This document shows, in pieces, positions 35,491 to 46,300 of a stretch of 48,954 bases of DNA (position 1 is its first letter; every line of letters starts with the position of its first letter). The notes under the pieces are model-generated. The model saw only the letters and a program-made list of their open reading frames with translations, searched no databases and was not told the DNA's origin. Both the position numbers and the translations under genes were made by a program. The DNA is taken from positions 1 through 48,954 of the IMG/VR virus record IMGVR_UViG_3300030330_001909; one strand, given 5' to 3'. The stretch comes from a virus (lineage: Duplodnaviria > Caudoviricetes).

Positions 35491-37371
35491 ATGGCAACAA
35501 CAGTATTCGTAGATTATTATAATTCATTTTGGTTAAAAAAAGTTGTATATAGAGGCACTCTAGATACTAGTGTTAGCCCTGTACAACCGTGGCCTTATCC
35601 AGCTACAGTTGGTGGAGAAGATCCATATAGAGGTGGTTATGGTTCTACATTTCCAGGTTTACCTTGGAGAGGTGCTAGCGACGGTTATCCTGAGTTTCCA
35701 TCAGGCGCTGCAGATAGTGAAAATTATAATTACCAAGAAGTAGAAAACTGGGTTGTAGAAGAAGCTAGAATTAGAGGTGGATTTAATGGTGTATCTTTAG
35801 ACTATGGAGCTAAGGCATATTTAAAAGAAGATAGTAATGCTCAAGAAATTAGACCTAATGCTTTAATATATTCTGGTTTGTATAACTCACGAACAGGTAT
35901 TAATCAAACAAATGTTTTTTCAGTAGGTGAAGCTATTACTAAAGCAGTTGATCCACAAAAAGGTAGTATACAAAGATTATATGCAGAAGATACTAACTTA
36001 ATAGTATTTCAAGAAGACAAAGTAAATAGAGCTTTAATAGATAAAGATGCTATATTTTCTGCAGAAGGTGGAGGCACTGTTACATCGAGTAATTTAGTTG
36101 TTGGTCAAATAACACCTTATGTAGGTGAGTTTGGTATTAGTAAAAATCCAGAGTCTTTTGCTGTGTTTGGTTATAGAAAGTATTTTGCAGACAGAGACAG
36201 AGGTTCTATAATGAGATTATCTAGAGATGGATTAACTGAAATATCTCAATATGGTATGTCAAACTTTTTTAGAGATTTATTAAGAAATGTAGAAGAAGAT
36301 TACAAACCAATTGAATATGCAGGTGCTACATTTAGTAGTTTAACCACTGGTCCACCTAGTTTTATAACTGTTACATCATCTGTTGATGCAGCTAATATTT
36401 CTATAGGATCTTTAATACTATATAGAAGCGGTACGCCAGGTGCTTATGTTTATACAAATGCTGGGATTTTAGGTTTTCCTGTATATGTTAGAGGTGTTGT
36501 TGGGGCTCTTGTGTATACAACTATAGAGCCTTCTAGCCCAGGCGTAGGTGAAGAACTAGTGTTTAGAACTTTTGACAAAGACAAAGTACAAGGTGGTTGG
36601 GATACATATGATAGATTTTATACTATATCTATACGAGACCCACAGGTTGGTCAAGCACCTACTAAAGCCGGTGAGGGTAATGAAGATGACTTTAATCAAA
36701 CAGTTGTATTTGATGAGCAAGTTTTAGGCTGGACATCAAGATATAGCTATGTACCAGACTTTATTTTTAGTATTAAAAATGATTATTTTACTACAAAAAA
36801 TAGTCAAGTATGGAAACATAATGATGAAACAAGTAATACTAGAAATGAGTTTTATGGTGCTGCTACTCAACCTTCTGCTGTTAAACTAGTATTTAATAAC
36901 AATGTAAATATAAATAAAAACTATTTAACAATTGGTTATGAAGGTAGTAATGGTTGGCAAGTAGATTCATTTGTATCTGACTTACAAAGAACTTTTGAAG
37001 TACCTAGTGATTATGCTAATCCAGTTCCTGATCCATATGAAAACCAAGAAGATAAAACAGCTCAAGTAAGAAGTTACTATGAAGGTGCTTATGACGATGC
37101 AGGTAATGTATATCCTGCTGCTTTGAATCAACCTATTAGAAGAGCAGGGTTTGTTAGGAAAGAAGGTAAGTACGTGGCTGAATTAAAAAGTAATAGTGAT
37201 CCAAGGCCAGGTGAAGTTATATTTGGACCTGACTCTTATGGTGGTTATCCATCATCTGGTATTAAAGGATATTTTGCTACAGTAGTAATATCAACTGATG
37301 CAGGTACAGATCCTGCAGGAGAAAAAACAATATTTTCTGCATTTAGTAATAATGTAGTATCATCAACTTAA
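35491..37371 (+). CDS. Tail stabilisation/nozzle protein, C-terminal part
   Basis: GSIQRLYAEDTNLIVFQEDK, GISKNPESFA, MRLSRDGLTEIS, FVRKEGKY. Confidence 0.75.
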   Translation: MATTVFVDYYNSFWLKKVVYRGTLDTSVSPVQPWPYPATVGGEDPYRGGYGSTFPGLPWRGASDGYPEFPSGAADSENYNYQEVENWVVEEARIRGGFNGVSLDYGAKAYLKEDSNAQEIRPNALIYSGLYNSRTGINQTNVFSVGEAITKAVDPQKGSIQRLYAEDTNLIVFQEDKVNRALIDKDAIFSAEGGGTVTSSNLVVGQITPYVGEFGISKNPESFAVFGYRKYFADRDRGSIMRLSRDGLTEISQYGMSNFFRDLLRNVEEDYKPIEYAGATFSSLTTGPPSFITVTSSVDAANISIGSLILYRSGTPGAYVYTNAGILGFPVYVRGVVGALVYTTIEPSSPGVGEELVFRTFDKDKVQGGWDTYDRFYTISIRDPQVGQAPTKAGEGNEDDFNQTVVFDEQVLGWTSRYSYVPDFIFSIKNDYFTTKNSQVWKHNDETSNTRNEFYGAATQPSAVKLVFNNNVNINKNYLTIGYEGSNGWQVDSFVSDLQRTFEVPSDYANPVPDPYENQEDKTAQVRSYYEGAYDDAGNVYPAALNQPIRRAGFVRKEGKYVAELKSNSDPRPGEVIFGPDSYGGYPSSGIKGYFATVVISTDAGTDPAGEKTIFSAFSNNVVSST

Positions 37372-37381
37372 TTAAATAAAA

Positions 37382-37783
37382 TTGAATATACGTAAATTAA
37401 CAGAGCAAGACTGGGATGTGTTGTCTAAATGGTGGGCAGCTTGGCCTAAGTGGAAAGCTCCAGTAAAAGATTTTTTACCCAACAATGGGACTGGTGGAGT
37501 AATAGTAGAAATAAATGGTAAACCTGTAGTTGCAGGATTTATTTATTTTACTAATTCTAAGACAGCTTTGCTTGAATGGATAGTATCAGATCCAGAATAT
37601 AGAGAAACTGACAGAGAAGCCGCGATAGAGCTCCTTATAACCGGTGCAGAGAACCTTATTAAAGCTTCAGGGTATAAATATTTATTTGCAATAATGCAAC
37701 ATACTAAACTAATAGAAACACACGAAAAATTAGGGTGGATTAAAGATAATAAACCCTCTTATGAATTAACAAAAGTATTATAA
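37382..37783 (+). CDS. GNAT-like protein (T7 gp13-like position)
   Basis: TTG start; MNIRKLT, PVVAGFIY, KASGYKYLF, HEKLGW pattern. Confidence 0.55.
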   Translation: MNIRKLTEQDWDVLSKWWAAWPKWKAPVKDFLPNNGTGGVIVEINGKPVVAGFIYFTNSKTALLEWIVSDPEYRETDREAAIELLITGAENLIKASGYKYLFAIMQHTKLIETHEKLGWIKDNKPSYELTKVL

Positions 37784-37784
37784 T

Positions 37785-38453
37785 ATGGCAGTAGCAACAA
37801 CATTAGCAATTAGTGCAGGAGTAGCTGGAGCCACTCAGTTAGTAAAAGGTGGTATAGCTAAAAGAGCTGCTAAAAAAGAGCAAGAAAAACAAGAACAAAT
37901 AGCTAAAGATAAACAAAAAGCTTTAGAAGAGTTTGAGGCTAATAGACAAGAAGTAATAAATCCATATGAAAATATGGCTAATGAGTTTGAAAATTTAGGT
38001 GTAGCTACACAAGCAGCTAAGTTTCAAGCTGAAGAACAAGATATTGCATTAGCTAATACTCTAGATACTATAGCGCAAACCGGTGGTGGATCAGGTGGAG
38101 CTACAGCATTAGCGCGTATGGCACTAGAAAGTAAACGTGGTATTTCTGCTAGTATAGAACAACAAGAAGCTGCTAATCAAAAAGCTCGTGCAGAAGGCGC
38201 TCAAAAAGTTAATCAACTAAAAGCTGCTGGTGAAGCGTTTAAATTTGAAGCACAAGAGTCTAGAGACATATCAAAACAAGAAATGTTAAGATCAGATCAA
38301 TTAAGAGCTGAGAACTCAGCAAACATGGCTAGACTAGCAAAGTTAAAAGCTACAACTGATATGGTAGGAGCTGTTGGTGGAACTGCTGAGGCACTAGCTG
38401 GAAATATGACAGGTGGTGGAACAATAGGACCACCTAAACTTTTTGGTATTTAA
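37785..38453 (+). CDS. Ejection (internal virion) protein
   Basis: Ala/Gly hydrophobic N-terminus then an A/Q/E-rich coiled coil. Confidence 0.7.
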   Translation: MAVATTLAISAGVAGATQLVKGGIAKRAAKKEQEKQEQIAKDKQKALEEFEANRQEVINPYENMANEFENLGVATQAAKFQAEEQDIALANTLDTIAQTGGGSGGATALARMALESKRGISASIEQQEAANQKARAEGAQKVNQLKAAGEAFKFEAQESRDISKQEMLRSDQLRAENSANMARLAKLKATTDMVGAVGGTAEALAGNMTGGGTIGPPKLFGI

Positions 38454-38465
38454 AACAAATAAACA

Positions 38466-40298
38466 ATGGTAAAGTATTCAGGACAAAGAGCAAAATTAGC
38501 AAATTATCAACAGCGTAATGCTTACGCAGAAGGTTTATTAGATTTAGTAATTAAAAACCAAGAGAGTGCCGCGGCTAGTAATAGAAATTTTAGGGCATTA
38601 GCCGAGCAAGAACAAATAAATGCAAAAGAAAGAAAAGCTCAAGAGGAACTTTTTGCTAATCAACAATTTCAAAGAGCTGAACAAGATGCTGCTGCTATAT
38701 ATAAAGTAGATTTAGGCTCTAATAAGACCAACCAAAACTTTCATGATTACTTATTTGGTATGAAAGAACAATCATATAAAATAAGAACATTACAAAGAGA
38801 AGGTAAAATATCATCTTCTGAAGCTGCGCAAGCAATAGCAGAGTTAAATCAAAAGGTTAAAGGAACTATGGATGAAGCTATAGCAGTAACAGTTCAAGCA
38901 GATGCTTTACGTAAAGGTTTAGAGATACCACCTGGCCAAGCAGGTGCTATTAGCTCAAGAACGCCTGACGGAGTACAACAAGCTTTATTAGGAATGAGCA
39001 CAGGTGACTCAAGATATGTAAGAAGAAATAATGTAACTTATGCTGTAAGAGAAAATCCTAATGATCCTAATAATCCTTTTGTAGCTAATTTAACTCAAAT
39101 AGCTAAAGACTCTGCAGATGGTAAAGATGCTTTTAGTAGTGTACCAGATTTAACAGATGCGTATAAAAATGCTTATAACAATGTAGTAAAACCTGGTGGA
39201 AAAGATAATGCTGATTTAATTACTTTTGAAGAAAAAAGAGTAGGATCTGAAATGGCCACTGTTAAATTCATGACACCAGCACAAAGAACAAAAGCTGCTT
39301 CAGCTATGGTAAATGGTAATCAATTTAAAAATTTACTTGATGATGAAGAAAGAATGAAAAGTGTATGGGCAGATTTAATGGGTAAAGATACTGACTGGAT
39401 GAATGTTGAAGGAAATACTCCTGAAGAAATAGAAGCTAATATACAAAAGCAAAGAAAAGAAGCTGCTATGTTTTTAGCTAATAAAGCATTAGAAGAAAAC
39501 GCAGCTCCTGATGGTGTTAAAATGCTTGTTAAAAGTACAAAATATAAACCACCAGGAAGTAGCAGTAAAAAAACTAGTAAACCTCCTAGTAGAGCAGATC
39601 AAAGATTTGATGCTAAACAAGCTATATATGAAGATTATATTGCACAATCTAGCAATTTAGTAGGTGATTTTGATAAAATAGCAGTTGCTTTAACTGAAGT
39701 TAACCCTATAGATGGTACATACACAGTTGTAGATGACATGTACATAGTAGACTCTTTAGATGATGATACATATGACAAGTATTCTAAAGCAGATGCAGAT
39801 GAAAAAGCTAAAATTATAGACGCCGCTGCTAAGAAATTAAAGATGAAACCAGGTGAAACTATAATTGATGAAGATGGTAATGTAGTTTCAGGATTAAATA
39901 CAGCATCAGGTATTAAGAAAGCATTGACTAAAGTTCATGGTATATCAGCTGAAGATCAAAGAATATTCGACACAAGGATAACTGAAAGAGAAAGAAGAGT
40001 AAAAGCAGAGGCTCAACAAGCTTATGATGCAATAGAAGAAAAGCCTCCTGCTAATAAAGAATACTTTGAATATGAGGGTAAAAGATATAAAAATCCAACA
40101 TACACAGGCGCTAGGTCTGGACAAGGCGGAGCGTTTGATCCAAATGCAAGAGGAACAAAAGCTAATCCTGTACAAGGTATAGCTACTAAAGACACTGCAG
40201 TAGAAGGTGAATACTATATAAACACTGGACAAGGTGATCCTAAAGATAAAGGTAAAGTTTACCAATTTAAAGATGGTAAATACGTAGAAGTTAAATAA
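38466..40298 (+). CDS. Ejection (internal virion) protein
   Basis: 610 aa, helical, precedes the giant protein. Confidence 0.65.
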   Translation: MVKYSGQRAKLANYQQRNAYAEGLLDLVIKNQESAAASNRNFRALAEQEQINAKERKAQEELFANQQFQRAEQDAAAIYKVDLGSNKTNQNFHDYLFGMKEQSYKIRTLQREGKISSSEAAQAIAELNQKVKGTMDEAIAVTVQADALRKGLEIPPGQAGAISSRTPDGVQQALLGMSTGDSRYVRRNNVTYAVRENPNDPNNPFVANLTQIAKDSADGKDAFSSVPDLTDAYKNAYNNVVKPGGKDNADLITFEEKRVGSEMATVKFMTPAQRTKAASAMVNGNQFKNLLDDEERMKSVWADLMGKDTDWMNVEGNTPEEIEANIQKQRKEAAMFLANKALEENAAPDGVKMLVKSTKYKPPGSSSKKTSKPPSRADQRFDAKQAIYEDYIAQSSNLVGDFDKIAVALTEVNPIDGTYTVVDDMYIVDSLDDDTYDKYSKADADEKAKIIDAAAKKLKMKPGETIIDEDGNVVSGLNTASGIKKALTKVHGISAEDQRIFDTRITERERRVKAEAQQAYDAIEEKPPANKEYFEYEGKRYKNPTYTGARSGQGGAFDPNARGTKANPVQGIATKDTAVEGEYYINTGQGDPKDKGKVYQFKDGKYVEVK

Positions 40299-40308
40299 AC
40301 ATTATAAT

Positions 40309-43300
40309 ATGCCAGAATACGTATTAATGGATTCAACGGGTTATGAGTGGACTGTTAGTGAGCAAGACTTACCAACATTCATGGAGCAATACCCAGATGC
40401 TAGGTTAATTGAAGAAAAAGAAACTGAAGGTGAACCTGTTACTGAATCATTAACTGTAGATACTACAATAGATCCTATAGAAACAGAAACGACTACAACT
40501 CTAGAAGCAAACAACAACGTTAAAGGTGTACTAGACAAATACGATCCTGAACGTGTAGCTTTAGTTGAAAGCTTCAGAGGATTAGATATAGATAAAAGAA
40601 GTAAGTTAAGTGAGCAAGACTTTGCGTTTGGTAAAGAAGGTAATTGGGACAACATAAGTGATGAAGGTAAACAAATCATAATGGCTGATTATACTTTTCC
40701 TAAAGGTTATGAAGGACCAAAAGATTTTAATGCTTTTAAAAATAAAATAGTTCAAGATGAAATTGAATATGAAGTAGGATCAGATACTGCTGATATAGAA
40801 ACAAGCGCTTATGATGACTATAATGTATTTGGTAGTGGGTTAGAAAGTTCTCAAGAAAAAGCTAGAAAAAGAAACCAATATAAAACTGATGTTAGTAATG
40901 CTGTTTCAAAAGTAGAAGAAGGTGTTATGCCTACACATGTACTTGATGGTAAACTAGGTGGCGTATTAATAGGACAAGAAGAAAAAGTAGTAGATGATTT
41001 AAGAAGCATGTTCAAAGGTTATGGATTTAAATTTGATAAAGATAAGTCAGGTTTAAGTTATTTTACTGACGACATGATAGTTACTGCTGGCAATGGAAAT
41101 AAAATAAAAATAAAGCTAGATAATTGGACTGATGATGGAGATATAGAGCAAGCTCAAAAATTAAAAAGTTTTTTAGAACAAAACAAAGAAGAATATAAAG
41201 CACCTAATTACCAAGACATGGTTAAAGCTATGGCATCATTAGATGGTGAAGCTTTAGAAAACATGAAAAGAGTTACAGAAGAACAAGATCAAAAGTGGTA
41301 TGAAAACTGGTGGGCTGATGAGATAGACAAAGTAGACGAAGATAAGGCTTCAGAGTGGAGAAATATTTATGACGAAGATTTAGTAAAGCAAGAAACTCAA
41401 AGAGTTGAAAATGATATAGTAAAATTAAACAAAGAGTTTGCACTTAATGAGGCAAAAATAAACGATTATACTAACAAGGTAGCAGCATTACAAGCTCAAA
41501 TAGATGCTGGCAGCCTTGGGCCTGATGAAATAATAGAAAAACAAAACGAATTAAATGCATTACAACAGTCTTTAAAAATAGAAGGACAAGCATTACAAGA
41601 TAGATATAGATCTGAAGTTAAACCAGCTGTAGCAGATTTAAACTTAGTAGCTGCTAAACAAACTTTAGTTGAAGAAGGTAGAGGTGACTTTGGTATAATG
41701 ACAACTAAATTTGCTGGTGGTGTATATGATTCATTAGGTACTTTCTACAATCAAATAGCTCTTGCTTTTCGTCAAGGAGATATTGAAGACATTGCTAATG
41801 GTGATGAAGAAAAGTTAAAACAATTATTAGATAGAGAAGCTAAAATGGTTATTTACGATAAGTTCACAAAAGACGTTGACGTAAGTAATGAATATGAAAA
41901 AGCTTTTAATAACAGTATGGCTGGCGCTGCTTATAAATCTATAACTGAAATGGTTATTGGTCAAATTACAACTCTTCCGCTAGCGGCTATTCCTGTTGCT
42001 GGTCCAATTTTACAAAGAGTAGCATTTGGTAGTATGATGGGTGGTATGGTAGCTGGATTTGAAGCTCAAGAAATGCAAAGTGAAGATTTTGCTGATATGA
42101 CACCACGAGAAAAAGCAGCGTATCAATCAACTATTGGAACTGTTATTGGAACAATTGAAGGTGTAGTAGGACCAGCTGGTAGGTTTATAGCAGCACCTGT
42201 TAAAGCAGGTTTAACTAATTTAATAAAGCAATACGGAGGAAAAACACTGCGTAATGCTGTATTAAAAGAAACATTAAGAAGAACAGCTGGTAAAGCTGTT
42301 GGTAGTGCAGTTGTTAAAAGAACAGCATTAGACGTACTTCAAGATTTTGGTAATAAAGCTTTAAGCAGAGAAGGTTTAGGTACAGCAGCTACCATGGCAG
42401 GTATTGAAGGGCTTACTGAAGGTATACAAGAAGCTGCGCAAATGGGTATAACTGAGATATGGAGAGAAAATACAGAGGCTAACGGTAAGTTGTGGGAAGA
42501 AATAAGTTTAGAAGATGCTGTTAGTAAAATAATGCAAGCCACTACTTTAGGTGTTATGGCTGGTGGTCCATTTGGTGTTATAGCTGGCGGTGCTAATGCG
42601 TCTAGAAGTGGTACTATGGATATGATTAGTGATCAACAGTTTACTTTATGGAAAAGATATTTACTTGATCCTAAATGGCAAAAGCTTACTAGCGATAAAG
42701 AAATGTTAGCTGTACTAGATCCTGATAATGAATTAACAAAAGAAAAGGCAGATCTACTATTAAGAGAATATAGAAATATGGGTGGCATGCTTAGAGAAGT
42801 TGATAATATGGGTCTAACTACTAAAGGTGAAAAACAAGCTTATAAACTAATAGAGCAAAAACAAAAACTACAAAAGCAAATAGATAAAGCCACTGACAAA
42901 GCATTAGTTAAAAGACAAAGAGAAGAGATATCAGCTATTAACGAAGTGCTAGAAGAGATTAGTGTTAATGAAAACTTTGAAGTAGCATATGAAAGAGGAT
43001 TAGCTGAAACTGCTAGACGAGCTGAAATGTCAGACAAAGGTTTTGTTTTATTAACAGATCCTGCTGATTTTAATCAAGCTATGAAAGATATAGGTATTAC
43101 AGAAGATCTTTCAGGAACACCAGGTTATAACGATATTGATGGTACTATTTATATTAATGATAAAGTTGCTAGAGATCTAAGGCAAATAGGTGTAAGCTCT
43201 CACGAGTTACTTCATGGTGTAACTGGTAAACAAATAAAAGCTTTAGGTTTAACAGCAGAACAAAAAGCTGATTTAGTAGATGACTTTAAAAGTAGATTGT

Positions 43301-46300
43301 CATCAAAAGAATTTGATGTGGTAGCACAACGTATAGAAGCTTATGGAACAAACCCAGAAAATGCTACGTCTGAAGAATGGTTTAATGCTTTTGTAGAAGG
43401 TATTGTCAATGATGATATAAAATATGCTGAAGGTACTGCAGTAAAAATGGGTAACTTTTTAGCTGACAAGTTATTTAAACCACTAGGTTTTAGACAAGCA
43501 AACTTTGCTAATGGTAGATCTGTATATAGATTTTTAAAGAGTTATGGTCAACAGTCTAGGCGTATAGCTAGAGGTCAACAAGATACTTTCACTGGTGATG
43601 TAGCAGCTATAGTAGATCAAGGTATAGATACACCAGCTGTAGGTTTAGCTAGTAAAGTTTCAAATGTAGCAGCTACTGACTTAGCCGCACAATATAAAGA
43701 TGGTACAATAACCAATGAAGGTACAATTGATTTTATACAACAATATCATAAGCTAGGTAAAAAAGCTATGGGCTTTGATCAAGCTAAAGGTGATATTGCA
43801 GAATCTGAAGCTATAAGCTTTTTAAATAAAGAGTTTCCTAGTATAATGAAAAACTACGATCCTACTAGAGAATTAGAGTTTTCAACCTATTTAAATAATG
43901 TATTACCTTTTAGAGCTGTTGATTTTTATGAGCAACAAATAGGTGATAAAGCTAAAACAACAAGTACAGATTCAGATAAAGCAAAACAATTAGTAGCTGA
44001 TGAGACTTCTCCTAGAGATACTAGAACTGATAGAGAAATAAGACAAGATGAAAGAAAAGGAGTTAAAGTTAGAGAAAAAACACCAGGTGTATATAATGTA
44101 GATAAAGTAGTAAAAGCTATTAGATCTAAGGCTAAACAACAAAACATGAAGGGTAAAACCTTAAAGCAATTAAAAGGTTTTGCTTTACGTGAAGTAGTTG
44201 ACATGATATCTAGAGATAATAAAGATCTTGCAGATTCTATGTTTAGGAAATTAGAAAAAAATTCTGATCTTAATAAACCAGAAATGTTAGCTATACAGAA
44301 CTTCATAAACTCTAACGTAGACATGGCTAAAGGTTCTTTAATTGAAGGATATACAAGCGAATTTAAAGCTACAGGTGTAGTTAATAAGTTGTTAGAAAAG
44401 TTTTATAACAAACGTAGTGTAAGATCTAAAACAGGGCCAGGTTTAAAAGTACAAATTAAAAAACCTAATATAAGCAATACTGACTTTAAAGAAACATTTG
44501 GAATTATAGGTAATGATAGAGCTAAGTGGAATCAAAAAGTACCAGCTAGTCAAGGTGGTGTTAGTGATATACTAAAAGGATTTGTAAGAAACTTAGATCA
44601 AGTAATATCTAGTCAAGAAATAAGAGAACAGTATATAGCAGACGGTGATAAAGCTGATGCGTTAAGATCATTATCAGATGGAATACCATCAGGATTTTTT
44701 AGTAAATTGACAGTAGAAAATTTAGGTAAAACTTTTGGTAAGCTAAATGAAGGTCAAAAAGAAACATACTTAGCTAACATCCCTTACTTTATAGAATTAA
44801 TTACTGCTGGAGAAAGTGTTAATTCAGCTTTTGATACAGCACTTCCTAACGACTTTTTAACTAAAAAAGTTAAAGATAAAATAGTAGATAATAACACAAG
44901 AAAAACTATTAAAGAAGATTGGAATACTATAGTAGATCAATTTCCTAAAACTTTATATAAGTCTAAAAAGTTTAACAAGACTAAGTTAAATGAATACCTG
45001 CACACAGCTTTTGCTGAGCAAACTAGTAGAGAACTAGTAAGAGATCTATTAGGTATTAACAAAGATGGTTTAGATTGGAGAAGTACTAAACAAATAACCT
45101 CTTATGTTAGTTCTTTAAAAGAATATTTTAGAGATTTAAGAAAAGACTTTAATAGTGATTTAGAGTTTTTTAAATATGTAATTACTCATTTTGAAACTAC
45201 ATTTACTGGTTCGGCTAAAATTGGTGGATTACCAAATCATGTATGGAATAAAGATGGTATATTAGTAGAAGGAAAGAAAACTACTAAAGGACCAGGTATT
45301 AGAAATGGTATATTTAATAATAGAACAGAATTTTATAATGTACTTTTAAAACCTTTAGATACAGAGAATAAATTAAAACCAGTGCGTGGTGGTTTTACTT
45401 ATGATGGTAATTTAATAAAAATAAATAGAGCTCCTCAATCGATTGTTGCTACTAAAAAATATTTAGACGAGTTTTTAGAAACAGGTAAATTAAGTAATGC
45501 AACTTTAAAAACAAGTTATAATGATGCTATTGGTAATCAAAACGCTATAATAAGATTATTAAAGTGGTATAAAGATAAAGAAAAAAATACTAAATCTGAT
45601 ATTAATATAAATGATATAGGTATGTTTTTCGTTAATTCCACTGGAGATATGACTGCTATTTTAAGATCAGCATATTTTATGGATAGTATAGCTTTAAGTG
45701 ATAGTAAAAATCCTAAAGATTATAGGTTTGAACATAACCCACCTGTAAGAGTTATGCAAGTATATATGGCTCAATTTGTTAATGGTACTATAAATGAAGC
45801 TCAGTTAAAAGAAAAGTTTGCAGATACATCTGTTAGTGTTATACCTGAATTAATGGATAAAGCTATTAATATTAGGTATAAAGATACTATACCTATGAAC
45901 TCTACAAGTAGGTTTGATAGGTATTATAATCCTACTACTTACGGTAAGTTCCCATTTGAAATGACAGTGTACACGCCTGTGTTAAATAGCAAAGGAGAAG
46001 TAACATCGTTTAAAAAAGAAGTAAAAGGTAAAGATTTAAGGCAAGCTTATCAAGAAGAACAAGCTGCGTTAAAAGCAGATAAAGAATTAGGCTTTGCTAG
46101 TAAAGTTGCTACAACAAAAAATGTAACTAATGAAGAGTTGATAGATCAATTTGAAAAAATGGATCAATCACTAGTTAACGGAAATAAAATAAATCAACCT
46201 GTTAAAAAGATTAGAGTGTTTGATTTTGACGATACATTAGCTACAAGTAATAACTTAGTATTTGCAACTAGAGGTGATGAGCGTTTAGAATTAAACGCAG

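Noticed and set aside
46222-46236. DFDD as a crAss-like virion RNA polymerase catalytic motif
   Set aside because: It reads DFDDT rather than DxDxD and is accompanied by HAD motifs II-IV
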